Positions 48,858 through 60,513 of a stretch of 64,000 nt of DNA are shown piece after piece. Numbering within the stretch: the stretch's first letter is position 1; each line of letters starts with the position of its first letter. The stretch is from the NCBI GenBank assembly GCA_030704615.1, contig CM060733.1, positions 29,512,001-29,576,000 on the forward strand. The letters run 5' to 3'. The stretch is from Takakia lepidozioides. Taxonomy: Eukaryota > Plantae > Bryophyta. A program made the translations under genes and the position numbers. The notes under the pieces were generated by a model. That model had not been told where the DNA came from, did no database searches, and saw only the letters and a list, made by a program, of their open reading frames with translations.

Positions 48858-51800
48858 ACCACAAATTCCTTACCGAAAAAATGTCTCTTTCTACCTCCAG
48901 ACCTTGCACCTTGCTTCACAGTTCCGGTAAAAATTAGAATGCAAAATCGAGATATCACTGTAGAAGCACTTTTGGACTCAGGAGCTTCAGCTTGTTTGAT
49001 GGAAAAAAACTTTGCGAAGCAAAACAATTTAACACTCGTAAAGAAGAAACTCTCGGTCCCCATTGAAGTCATCGATGGACGACCATTAGCATCAGGAAAT
49101 GTAGACCATGAAACTCGACCACTTGAAGTGAAGCTTAAAGATCAAACATCACATATTGTTTTCAATGTCATCCAATCTCCAACGAATCTTGTGATCCTTG
49201 GACTTCCCTGGTTCGTACTTCACAATCCCGACATCGATTTGCAATCGCGAAAAATTTCTGCAAGACAAAAATGTAGAAATATCAAAAGTATTCAACCCCT
49301 ATTCCTTGGAGCTAGAGCTTTCATGAGAGCTACAAAAAAGGAGGCGACATTTGCACTTTATGCAACTCCGATCAAGACCACAACAGACAAATGTACTTCA
49401 ACATTACCCGCTCAATATCAAGATTTCAAAGATGTCTCCGAGAAGAAAAATGCAGACATATTGCCAGAACATCGACCTTATGACTGTTACAAGAAGGAGC
49501 CCAACCACCATTCGGCCCAATCTATAACTTATCCCAGACGGAGTTGGCTGCATTACGTGAATACATTGATGAAAATTTGTCGAAGCACTTCATCCGACAT
49601 TCAAAATCACCCGCGGGGGCGCCTATCTTGTTTATGAAAAAGAAGGACGGATCATTACGCATGTGTGTCGACTATCGCGGTCTCAACAAAGTCACAATCA
49701 AGAATCGTTATCCGTTGCCGTTGATTTCTGGGCTTTTCGACTAGCTGGGACGAGCGAAGATTTTCACCAAAATCGACTTGAGATGAACTTATAACATTGT
49801 ACAGATAAAAGAATGAGACGAATGGAAAACAACTTTTCGAACAAGGTATGGACATTTTGAATACAGTGTTATGCCTTTCGGTCTTACAAATGCTCCAGCA
49901 ATTTTCCAACATATGATGAATGACATCTTTCGAGATTTTTTAGATAACTTTGTAGTCATCTATTTGGACGACATTTTGATATTTTCACAGAATGAAGAAG
50001 AACATGGCCGCTATGTACGCTTTGTCCTTGATAAATTAAGAGAAAAATGACTATATGCCAAATTGGAGAAATGTCTTTTCCATCAATCTGAGGTCGAATT
50101 TCTGGGCTACATTATTTCCAACAAAGACGTCTTTATGGATCAGAAGAAAATGCAAACCATCATCGAGTGGATTAAACCAACTTCGATCCGAGATGTACAA
50201 TGTTTTCTGGGCTTTGCAAATTTCTATAGAATCTTCATCAGTGACTACTCCAAAATTGCTGCACCATTGACACGACTCACAGGGAATGACAAATTTGTAT
50301 GGGACGAGAAGGCTGAAGCAGGCATTTACAACGGCTCCCATACTGGTACATGCAGACCCATCTAAACCATTCTTCTTAGAAATAGATGCATCGGACTTTG
50401 CACTTAGCGCGGTACTCTCTCAATACGGTACAAATGGCCGACTCCACACTGTTGGTTTTCGTTCTCGCAAATTTTCCGCTGCGGAGATCAATTATGAAAT
50501 CCATGACAAAGAACTTCTAGCAATTATCGATGTTTTTGAGGAGTGGCGACATCTATTGGAGGGAGCTAAACATCAGATCACTGTCTATACCGATCACAAA
50601 AACCTCAAATATTTTATGAGTGCTCGTGTTTTGAATCGACGTCAAGCGAGATGGAGTATGTCACTAGCAAGATTTGATTTTGTTATTACCTACCATCCCG
50701 GACATCTTAAAGGGAAACCAGATGCTCTCTCTCGACGATCGTATCTTGCGCCAAAAGAAGGGGATGCAACTTTTGACCAACAAAAATCCATTATCCTGAA
50801 ACCAACAAATCTCCAATTGAATATGCTATTCATGTCCACCTATGACGATGCGGAGATCATAAATGAGATTCAGGAAGCACTGAAGAGCGACCATTTTGCT
50901 ACGACACTACGAAGTCAACTAAATCAACCTCGAGACAACCCACATGTTACAAACGACTTCGAATTCAAAGATGACTTACTTTACTTCAAGGGACTTCCCT
51001 ATGTACCTCCAGGACCTACACGACTTCGAATTCTTCAAACATGTCATGATCTTCCGGCTGCATGACATTTCGGCTTCAAAAAAACATTGGAATTGATATC
51101 CAGGGACTATTGGTGGCCGCAGATGTGGAAACTCGTGAAAGAATTCATAAAATCTTATGACACGTGTGCTCTAAGGGACCACGACATCGACCTTACGGCC
51201 TTCTTCAACCATTACCCATTCCCAAGGGTCCATGGTCGTCCGTGTCTATGGACTTTATTACGGACCTTCCAATTTCCCAGATCACCGATTCAATACTTGT
51301 TATTGTAGATCGTTTTACGAAACTGCAAGACTCTTCCTCAATAATATCTACCGCATTCATGGACTCCTGAAGGACCTCGTATCCGATCGAGGACCATAGT
51401 TCATATCAAATTTTCTGGAGGGGATTATTTCACATATTGGATACTAAGATCAATCTCTCTACAGCTAATCATCCACAGACTGATGGTCAAACCGAACGTG
51501 TAAACCAGATTTTGGAGCAGTATCTTCGCTGTACGATAAATTATTACCAAGATAATTGGACGGACCTTCTGTCATTGGCTGAGTTTGCCTACAACAACAC
51601 TATACATTCTTCGACCAAATAAACCTCATTTTTCTCCAATTATGGTCATCGTTCTCGAGCAAACCCTTTCCACATGAAAACTGTTGGAAGCCCCGCTGGA
51701 GAAAACCTTGCTACTCATCTTGCTATGATTCACAATGAACTTACATCCCACCTCGCAGAAGTTAAAAAACAATACAAAGAGTATGCAGATGAACGTCGCC

Positions 51801-52605
51801 AACTCCAACCCCAGTTTAAGGTCGGAGATCGTGTGTGGCTTCTTCGACGGGACATACAAATCTCACCATCAAAGAAGTTGGATTATCGCCTGGGACCATT
51901 CAAAATTATTCGACAAATAAATCCGGTCAGTTTTCGGCTTGAACTCCCACGAAGTATGCACATCCATCCAGTCTTTCATGTTTCAGTATTAGAATTGTAT
52001 CATTCATTGAATATTCCAGGGAAAGTCTCCGCACCACCTCCACCAGTCGAAGTCAATCAAGAACTTGAGTATGAAGTCGACGAAGTCGTAGATTCTCGCA
52101 TCAAGTATAAACGTCTTGAGTATTTCGTACATTGGAAAGGCTATGACATCAGCGAACGAACGTGGGAACCTTCATCCAACCTCACAAATGCATCTGACAA
52201 AGTCCAAGAGTTTCATCAACGATATCCAGCTAAGTTCCGAGCTACACGTCAATTAGTCGTCACAACGATGATGTCAGCCAAGTTAGCTTCAAGGTGAAGA
52301 CTCCACATTCAATGTACCTGATACACGCTAAGGAGGGAGGAGCACCATACATCAGTATATATAGCTATACTTCCAACACTCTTGCAACTTGTATTGGCAG
52401 TATGGAGTCACATGAACCAGATACATTGGAGTTGTCGCTTACCCAGCTACTAGATGAGCCATTTCGACTCTCACGACCTTCAACATCACGCCGACGCTCT
52501 CGAGACGAAGCCTCAACCTCCAACAGAATTATCAGACTTTGAGTATACTCCACTTGCCATCGTACGGGGTTCAGACGAAGAAGTACGCGTCGCATTGGTG
52601 GCCCA

Positions 52606-55600
52606 TCGTCTCGAAAGCGTCGGCGTGATGTTGAAGGTCGTGAGAGTCGGAATGGCTGATCTGGTAGCTGGGTAAGCGACAACTCCAATGTATCTAGTTC
52701 CTATGACTCCATATTGTCAATACAAGATGCAAGAGTGTTGGAAGTGTAGCTATATATACTGATATGTTGTGCTCCTCCCTCCTTAGCGTGTATCAGGTAC
52801 ATTGAATGTGGAGTCTTCACCTTGAAGCTAACTTGGCTGACATTATCGTTGTGACGTCTTATTGACGTGTAGCTCGGGACTTAGCTGGATATCGTTGATG
52901 AAACTCTTGGACTTTGTCAGATGCATTTTCGAGGTTAGATGAAAGTTCCCACGTTCGTTCGCCGATGTCGTAGCCTTTCCAATGTACGAAATACTCAAGA
53001 CGTTTATACTTGATGCGAGAGTCTAAGACTTCGTCGACTTCATACTCAAGTTCTTGATTGACTTCGACTGGTGGAGGTGGTACGGAGACTCTCCTGGAAT
53101 ATTCGATGAATGATACAACTCTAATGATGAAACATGAAAGACTGGATGGATGTGCATACTTCGTGGGAGTTCCGAAAACTGACCGGATTTATTTGTCGAA
53201 TAATTTTGAATGGTCCCAAACGTTGATAATCCAACTTCTTTGATGGTCGCGAGGTTTATATGTCTCGTCGAGAAAGCCACACACGATCTCCGACCTTGAA
53301 CTGGGATTGGATTTGGCGACGTTGATCTGCATACTCCTTGTATTGTTTTTGAGCTTCTGCGAGGTGGGATGTAAGCTCCTTGTGAATCGTAGCTAGATGA
53401 GTAGCAAGGTTTTCTCCAGCAGGGCTTCCAATAGTCTTCATGTGGAAAGGGTTTGCTCGAGAACGATGACCATAATTGGAGAAAAATGGGGTTTACTTGG
53501 TCGAATAATGTATAGTGTTGTTGTAGGCAAACTCAGCCAATGACAGAAGGTCCGTCCAATTATCTTGGTGATAATTTATCGTACATCGAAGATACTGCTC
53601 CAAAATCTGGTTTACACGTTCGGATTGACCATCAGTCTGTGGATGATTAGTTGTAGAGAGATTGATCTTAATATCCAATATGTGAAATAATCCCCTCCAG
53701 AAAATTTGATATGAACTATGGTCCTCGATCAGATACGATGTCCTTCGGGAGTCCATGAATACGATAGATATTATTGAGAAAGAGTCTTGCAGTTTCCTCG
53801 CCGGTAACCGTCTTATTACATGGAATGAAATGTATCATCTTCGTAAAACGATCTACAATAACAAGTATTGAATCGGTGATCTTGGAAATTGGAAGGTCCG
53901 TAATAAAGTCCATAGACACGGACGACCATGGACCCTTGGGAATGGGTAATGGTTGAAGAAGGCCGTAAGGTCGATGTCGTGGTCCCTTAGCTCTAACACA
54001 CGTGTCATAAGATTTATGAATTCTTTCACGAGTTTCCACATCTGCGGCCACCAATAGTCCCTGGATATCAATTCCAATGTTTTTTTGAAGCCGAAATGTC
54101 ATGCAGCCGGAAGATCATGACATGTTTGAAGAATTCGAAGTTGTGTAGGTCTTGGAGGTACATAGAGAAGTCCCTTGAAGTAAAGTAAGTCATCTTTGAA
54201 TTCGAAGTCGTTTGTAACATGTGGGTTGTCTCGAGGTTGATTTAGTTGACTTCGTAGTGTCGTAGCAAAATGGTCGCTCTTCAGTGCTTCCTGAATCTCA
54301 TTTATGATCTCAGCATCGTCATAGGTGGACATGAATAGCATATTCAATTGGAGATTTGTTGGTTTCAGGATAATGGATTTTTGTTGGTCAAAAGTTGCAT
54401 CCCCTTCTTTTGGCGCAAGATACGATCGTCGAGAGAGAGCATCCGGTTTCCCTTTAAGATGTCCGGGATGGTAGATAATAACAAAATGAAACCTTGCTAG
54501 TGACATACTCCATCTCGCTTGACGTCGATTCAAAACACGAGCACTCATAAAATATTTGAGGTTTTTGTGATCGGTATAGACAGTGACCTGATGTTTAGCT
54601 CCCTCCAATAGATGTCGCCACTCCTCAAAAGCATCGATAATCGCTAGAAATTCTTTGTCATGGATTTCATAATTGATCTCCGCAGCGGAAAATTTGCGAG
54701 AACAAAAACCAACAGGGTGGAGTTGGCCATCTGTACCGTATTGCGAGAATACCGCGCCAAATGCAAAGTCCGATGCATCTACTTCTAAGAAGAATGGTTT
54801 AGATGGGTCTGCATGTACCAGTATTGGAGCCGTTGTAAATGTCTGCTTCAGCCTTTCAAATGTCTGGTCAGCCTTCTCGTCCCATACAAATTTGTCCTTC
54901 CCTCTGAGTCGTGTCAACGGTGCAACAATTTGGAGTAGTCATTGATGAAGATTATATAGAAATTTGCAAAGCCTAGAAAACATTGTACATCTCGGACCGA
55001 AGTTGGTTTAATCCACTCGATGATGGTTTGTATTTTCTTCTGATCCATAAAGACGCCTTTGTTGGAAATAATGTAGCCCAGAAATTCAACCTCAGATTGA
55101 TGGAACGGACATTTCTCCTATAGTCCTCTTTCTCTTAATTTATCAACGACAAGGCGCACATGGCGGCCATGTTCTTCTTCATTATGTGGAAATATCAAAA
55201 TGTCGTCCAAATAGATGACTACAAAGTCATCTAAAAATTCTTGAAAGATGTCATTCATCATATGTTGGAAAATTGTTGGAGTATTGGTAAGACCGAAAGG
55301 CATAACACTGTATTCAAAATGTCCGTACCTTGTTCAAAAAGTTGTTTTCCATTCGTCTCATTCTTTTATCCGTACAAGGTTATAGGCTCATCTCAAGTCG
55401 ATTTTAGTGAAAATCTTCGCTCGTCCCAGCTTGTCAAGAAACCCAGAAATCAGCGGCAACGGATAACGATTCTTGATTGTGACTTTGTTGAGACCGCGAT
55501 AGTCGACACACATGCGTAATGATCCGTCCTTCTTTTTCACAAACAAGATAGGCGTCCCCGTGGGTGATTTTGAATGTCGGATGAAGTGTTTCGACAAATT

Positions 55601-58045
55601 TTCATCAATGTATTCACGTAATATAGCCAACTCCGTCTGGGATAAATTATAGATTGGGCCGAATGGTGGTTGGGCTCCTTCTTGTAACTCAATTGCACAG
55701 TCATAAGGTCGATGTTCTGGCAACATGTCTGCATTTTTCTTCTCGAAGACATCTTTGAAATCTTGATATTGAGCGGATAATGTTGAAGTACATTTGTCTG
55801 TTGTGGTTTTAATCGGAGTCGCATAAAGTGCAAATGTCGCCTCCTTTTTAGTAGCTCTCATGAAAGCTCTAGCTCCAAGGAATAGGGGTTGAATACCTTT
55901 GATATTTCTACATTTTTGTCTTATAGAAATTTTTCGCGATTGCCAGTCGATGTCGGGATTGTGAAGTACGAACCAGGGAAGTCCAAGGATCACATGATTC
56001 GTTGGAGACTGGATGACATTGAAAACAATATGTGATGCTTGATCTTTAAGCTTCACTTCAAGTGGTCGAGTTTCATGGTCCACATTTCTTGATGCTAACG
56101 GTCGTCCATCGATGACTTCAAATGAGGGCCGATAGTTTCTTCTTTATAAGCGTTAAATTGTGTTGCTTCGCAAAAAAATTGTCCATCAAACAAGCTGAAG
56201 CTCCTGAGTCCAAAAGTGCTTCTACAACAATATCTCGATTTTGCACTCTGATTTTTACCGGAACTGTGAAGCAAGGTGAAGGGTCTGGAGGTAGAAATAG
56301 ACATATTTTTTATAAGGAATTTGTGGTGTCCAGCCGCATGGTCCCTACTGTGACTGGACATCGTCGTTTTCCGACCTCCTCGTATCGAACACTTGAGTTG
56401 TGCCCCGAGTTTTGAATCTTCTCTTGTTGGGGCAGTTTAATGCTATGTGATCTTCTTCTCCGCAATAGAGGCATAATCCATTCGAGCGTCGTCTTTGTTT
56501 TTCTTGTGGCGTCAATGGTTTGAATCAGACAACATCAATCTGCATAGGATCACTACTGGATGTCTGATGGATCGTTGTATTTGGTGTCGTAGTAGCAGTG
56601 ACATGATGCGTCGTCGACCATCCAGATCGCTTCTCTTGACGTCTTTCGAACAAACGATTATCGCATGCAATGATTTGGGTGATGAATTCACTCAGTGTGA
56701 TCACGTTTGGCATTGTCAGCAACAAATCTTTTACATCATCTTTTAGTCCACATCGAAACAAACTAATAAGGCTATTCTCATTCCAGTCAAGGTCGCACGC
56801 AAGTTGTCGAAATTCGGCAGCATGAACGGAAGCAAGACGTGCTCCTTGTCGAAGATTTCCCATCTTTGTTTGTGCAACTCTCTCTTTATCATTCTCTCCA
56901 AACGTTGCAGTGAACTCGGACATGAATGCTTCAAAATTATATAGTAAATACGAAATTTTTTTCTAATAGCGGTGCAAACAAAGATAGGGCAATGCCTGAT
57001 GAAGAGTACCCACGAATCCCACTTGAATACCTTCATCGGGGTAGCGTTGTGGATGTAGTCGTAAGAACAGTCGTACTTGTTGAACAAAACCGCGAAATCT
57101 TGATCTCGTCCCATCAAATTTCTCGGGCATGCTGATCTTTGGTTCTCTCGTAATCTGTTGAAGATGAACCGTTGCAGTAGGAGCTATTGCAGTAGGGACT
57201 CGTATGGTTGAAGATCCATTGTTCGACTCATTTAACTCTGAAATTTGTTGTTGCAAATTGTGGAGAGCGTTTACAAGATCTTGAGACTGATCAGCTTGCA
57301 ATTGAGCGGTAGATGTACGAAGTTCTTGCATCTGGAGCTGAAGACTCTGCAATGTGGTGACCATTTCCGCAAATGTGCCTTCCATCTTAACTAACCAAAG
57401 AACAAACTTTAGTCTCGTCAAACTGTCAAGGACGAGAACATGACAGAACACAAACAAGAGATCAGACTAAAGGTACAAGACTAGACAAGAAGTCAAGGTT
57501 GGCGTGGCCGAATGCATGGTAGATGAACATGAATCAAGATGATCTTTATAACAATGGACAAAAGTACAAAATATTGGAACTCGACTCGGATACTGGAATG
57601 CTGGAAACTGGACTGGATACTGGAAGCTGGACTGGAGTACTGGACTTGGAACAAGCGTAGCTTGAACTTGTGTTGGCGAGACTGAAGAGTGTCCAGTCTC
57701 GCCTCCTATATGTACTGGCTACTAAGAAGCTTCCCCAAGAAGCTTAATTTATGGAGGTTTCTTGTTGGAGAAGTTTCCAAGATTAAACAAAGGTTTCTTG
57801 ATGGAGAAGCTTCCTTAAACAAAAATGTATCTTGATGGAGAAGTTTTCTCCAAAAGAAGCTTCATGAGTAGTTTCCCAAGTTTACTCTTGGTAATTTGGT
57901 AAACTCTCGTTAACTTGGTAAGTAATGATAAATCATGGTAGATCATGGTAAATCACGGTAAGTCATAATAACTTTCGGTAACATGATAACTTGGTCACTT
58001 CTGGTATTTACTCCTGGTAAGTTCTTCTGGGCTATGTCCGTGACA
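52606..58045 (-). mobile_element. Ty3/Gypsy chromovirus (Tcn1-like), copy B, degenerate; 5' LTR 58045-57424
   Basis: Reverse-complement homologue of copy A along its whole length, with independent indels and stops. Confidence 0.96.
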
Positions 58046-58073
58046 ATGTTCTGTTATGTTCTCATCCTTGACA
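58046..58073 (+). mobile_element. Last 28 bp of the 3' LTR of chromovirus copy A
   Basis: ATGTTCTGTTATGTTCTCATCCTTGACA matches the LTR end at 47744-47771 and is followed by TAAGG, identical to 47119-47123. Confidence 0.88.
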
Positions 58074-59329
58074 TAAGGTCTATTCAAGTGCAATTGTTAG
58101 TTTGATGGAACTGCTAGTTAATCATTTTCAATATCGGAGAGTGAATCTCGAAACATGAATACAGTATCCGATGGACAAACTGATTGGACTAGATTGAAAG
58201 TTGATGCTAATATCACCATAAACAACAACACATATCTTATAATATCTGGCATAATGTTTGTCATTGCTATCAATACAAGACTACGTAGCATCCCAAGCTT
58301 GATGAATGAGCAATATGAGAGGAGAGAAAGCTTTACCAAAATTATTGAACGACTGCAAAGACCATGAGGAAGTGAGATACAGAAGAGATCAAAGAGAAGG
58401 AAAGCTACCAATACTAAGGCTTGAGCAACAAAGACTAGAAGGAAGCTAGCATGGTAAAAGAGATGAAGTCTGAAATAGAATAGAAAACTGCATCTTTATA
58501 TACCAGTAGCCCCCCCCCCCCCCCGAAAAAAAAAAAAAAGTAGTCCCAAGTGCTTTTTTATTTTCTTTGGCACATCAATTAATTATTAAGCAAAAAAAAA
58601 ACGAGTGCAGTGAAAAAGAAAAGATCTTATTAATAAAATTTGATTTATTTATTAAAAAAAGTTTGACAACAGAGTGAAAAGTATTATATACTTCCATAAA
58701 GAGGTTGGATGAATAGAGAGTAGATCCAATCAGATTTAATAACATAGTGCTTAATTAAATGTATTATCATAAATTTTGCAAAAACTCAATTTCAAAGCCA
58801 TCGATCACCACTGTAATGAGCCAACTTGATCCCTATGCCAAATTTTGAAATCTTCTTATGGATACATTGGGTATTTGAATGTTTCAAATATCAAGAACAT
58901 AGTTTTTTTGAAGCTTTATGCAAAGAACTTGATAATGAGACTAGTATGCCCGGCACTTTCTGACCCATCCTTTTTCCCGTTGTTTGACCTTCGTCAGGCT
59001 GTAGGTGATACTATAATAGTTTGATTTCTCTTTGTTGATATATCTAGCTCTGAGATTTTGCTTCTCCTTTTGGGGATAATTTTACCCATTTGTTCAGTCA
59101 CCCCACTTGTGTCTTTTTATAAAACTATGTGGCATATACTACTTATTGCTCCTTATGGTATGAAATCACAACTGGCATGAGTGCACCAGCCCTCCATTAA
59201 CCACATGTTGGCCGCTTTTGGAATCCAAAATAAGCATTATCACATGCAATGCACCATCTCAACTTGATGTACAAAAACCAACACTTAGCATAGGGTTATA
59301 CTAAAGCTCTTCACGTCTTTTATGGCTTG

Positions 59330-59402
59330 CGTTGGCAGATTCAATACTTCATCATGTTGTACATGCTAAAACTGCTAAAGAAGTATGGACCAATCTATGT
59401 GT
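59330..59402 (+). mobile_element. Short Copia gag relic
   Basis: LADSILHHVVHAKTAKEVWTNLC resembles the Copia gag 'AK.VW..L' motif. Confidence 0.45.
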
Positions 59403-59412
59403 CTTAAATGTC

Positions 59413-59415
<3 letters not shown>

Positions 59416-59453
<38 letters not shown>

Positions 59454-59612
59454 CGCCTTCCGAAAGAAGCGTACATTATGGTGTCTCTTGACCCCGAAGG
59501 GCTACTACCTTCCAGCAGGATGGAGAACACCTTTGTGACACCAATCGGTGGATTGAACCCACAACCACTTCCGAGGTGATATGTGCCAATTACCACTGGG
59601 CTACAACTTGGT
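59416..59612 (-). mobile_element. tRNA-derived SINE, copy 4, with (TA)n tail (59416-59451)
   Basis: Reverse complement reads ACCAAGTTGTAGCCCAGTGGTAATTGGCAC...GGGTTCAATCCACC...GGCGTCA followed by a (TA)n tract. Confidence 0.78.
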
Positions 59613-59814
59613 TGTCTACACGTCCCAACACTCTACTTACAAGACCCATGTTGGCATGGTATCACGTTTAGGAGAGACGGGTACCCATGGATCTCAGCGT
59701 ACAGAGGGTAAAAGAACAAGTGTTCTTCAGTTTCAATACTCCGGTGGCGAAGATGCACTGGATATAGGAAGTAAAATCCGAAAATTTGCTCTTCTGAGGC
59801 CTCTTCAGCGGGAT

Positions 59815-59835
59815 GAGAGAGAGAGAGAGAGAGAG
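59815..59835 (+). repeat. (GA)n microsatellite, possibly in a 5' UTR exon
   Basis: GA tract about 35 nt before a strong donor AG|GTAAGT at 59870/59871. Confidence 0.7.
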
Positions 59836-60227
59836 GGAGACCGACTTTCTGTATTTGTTGCAATAACTAGGTAAGTGAGCTCAAAAGCTTATGATATTGC
59901 GGAGGGAAGGAGCATCTGGTGGTACCAAACTCTTCGAGGTACTTCGGAGAGAGCATTCAAGCACAAAATCTCGTACTTACGTGAAATACGGGCAGTCAAT
60001 GGCGGCTTTGATGCAGTTTGCGGCATGCCGACTGGTATCCTGTATCCTCCTCCTCCTGTACTCTCTCAGCCCTCTTTCCTTTCTCTATTCCATACTAATT
60101 GCTTATTTTGTGAGCTGATGCAGCATTCGGATGGCCTGAGCTGTTTCTGGGGCGTGTTGTTGAAGCAAGACTATAATGTACATGTTGTTATATGATCGTC
60201 CCGCATAAAGAAGTTTGGAAATCTAAG

Positions 60228-60513
60228 CTGTGTTTTTTTTTTCAAATCTTGAAAAGAACAGGACTGGCTACTGAGTTTTGCAGGAAATAGCCATATTTTC
60301 TGCTCATCCACTGAAATTTGGACAGAATCATCCTCCTCTGTACTTTCATCCATGTATATCATCCATATTAGGCGAATTCATCCAAGATTTATATATTTTT
60401 TTGAGAATTTTGGCGATTTCATCCATGAGAAAACAGGGAATTTACGACAGAATATTCGATTTTGATTTTTGAGGTCGAAAAAGTGCGAAATTTCGCCAGA
60501 AATAAAAACACTG
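60228..60513. mobile_element. 286-bp MITE with C(A/T)GTGTTTTT termini and 5-bp TSD
   Basis: CTAAG|CTGTGTTTTT ... AAAAACACTG|CTAAG. Confidence 0.7.

Larger units (their letters stand above)
47124..52508 (+). mobile_element. Ty3/Gypsy chromovirus (Tcn1-like), copy A, degenerate; 5' LTR 47124-47771
   Basis: gag (ATG 47810, CCHC remnant), PR (ALLDSGAS), RT ([15 protein letters not shown]), RNase H (DASD, NYEIHDKELLAI, TDHKNL), IN ([19 protein letters not shown]) and chromodomain (YEVDEVVD..YFVHWKGY..TWEP). Many stops and frameshifts. Confidence 0.96.
44880..58300 (-). pseudogene. GDSL esterase/lipase pseudogene, copy 1, in three pieces (about 58300-58074, 47123-47073, 45645-44880)
   Basis: Signal peptide and F(R)DSLSD near 58130-58260, PYGETFFGRLTGCYSNG at 47123-47073, and GRLVI..AFGLPFP..GNNFA..QVEQF at 45645-45440. 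The pieces rejoin once the two insertions are removed and are colinear with copy 2. Confidence 0.85.
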
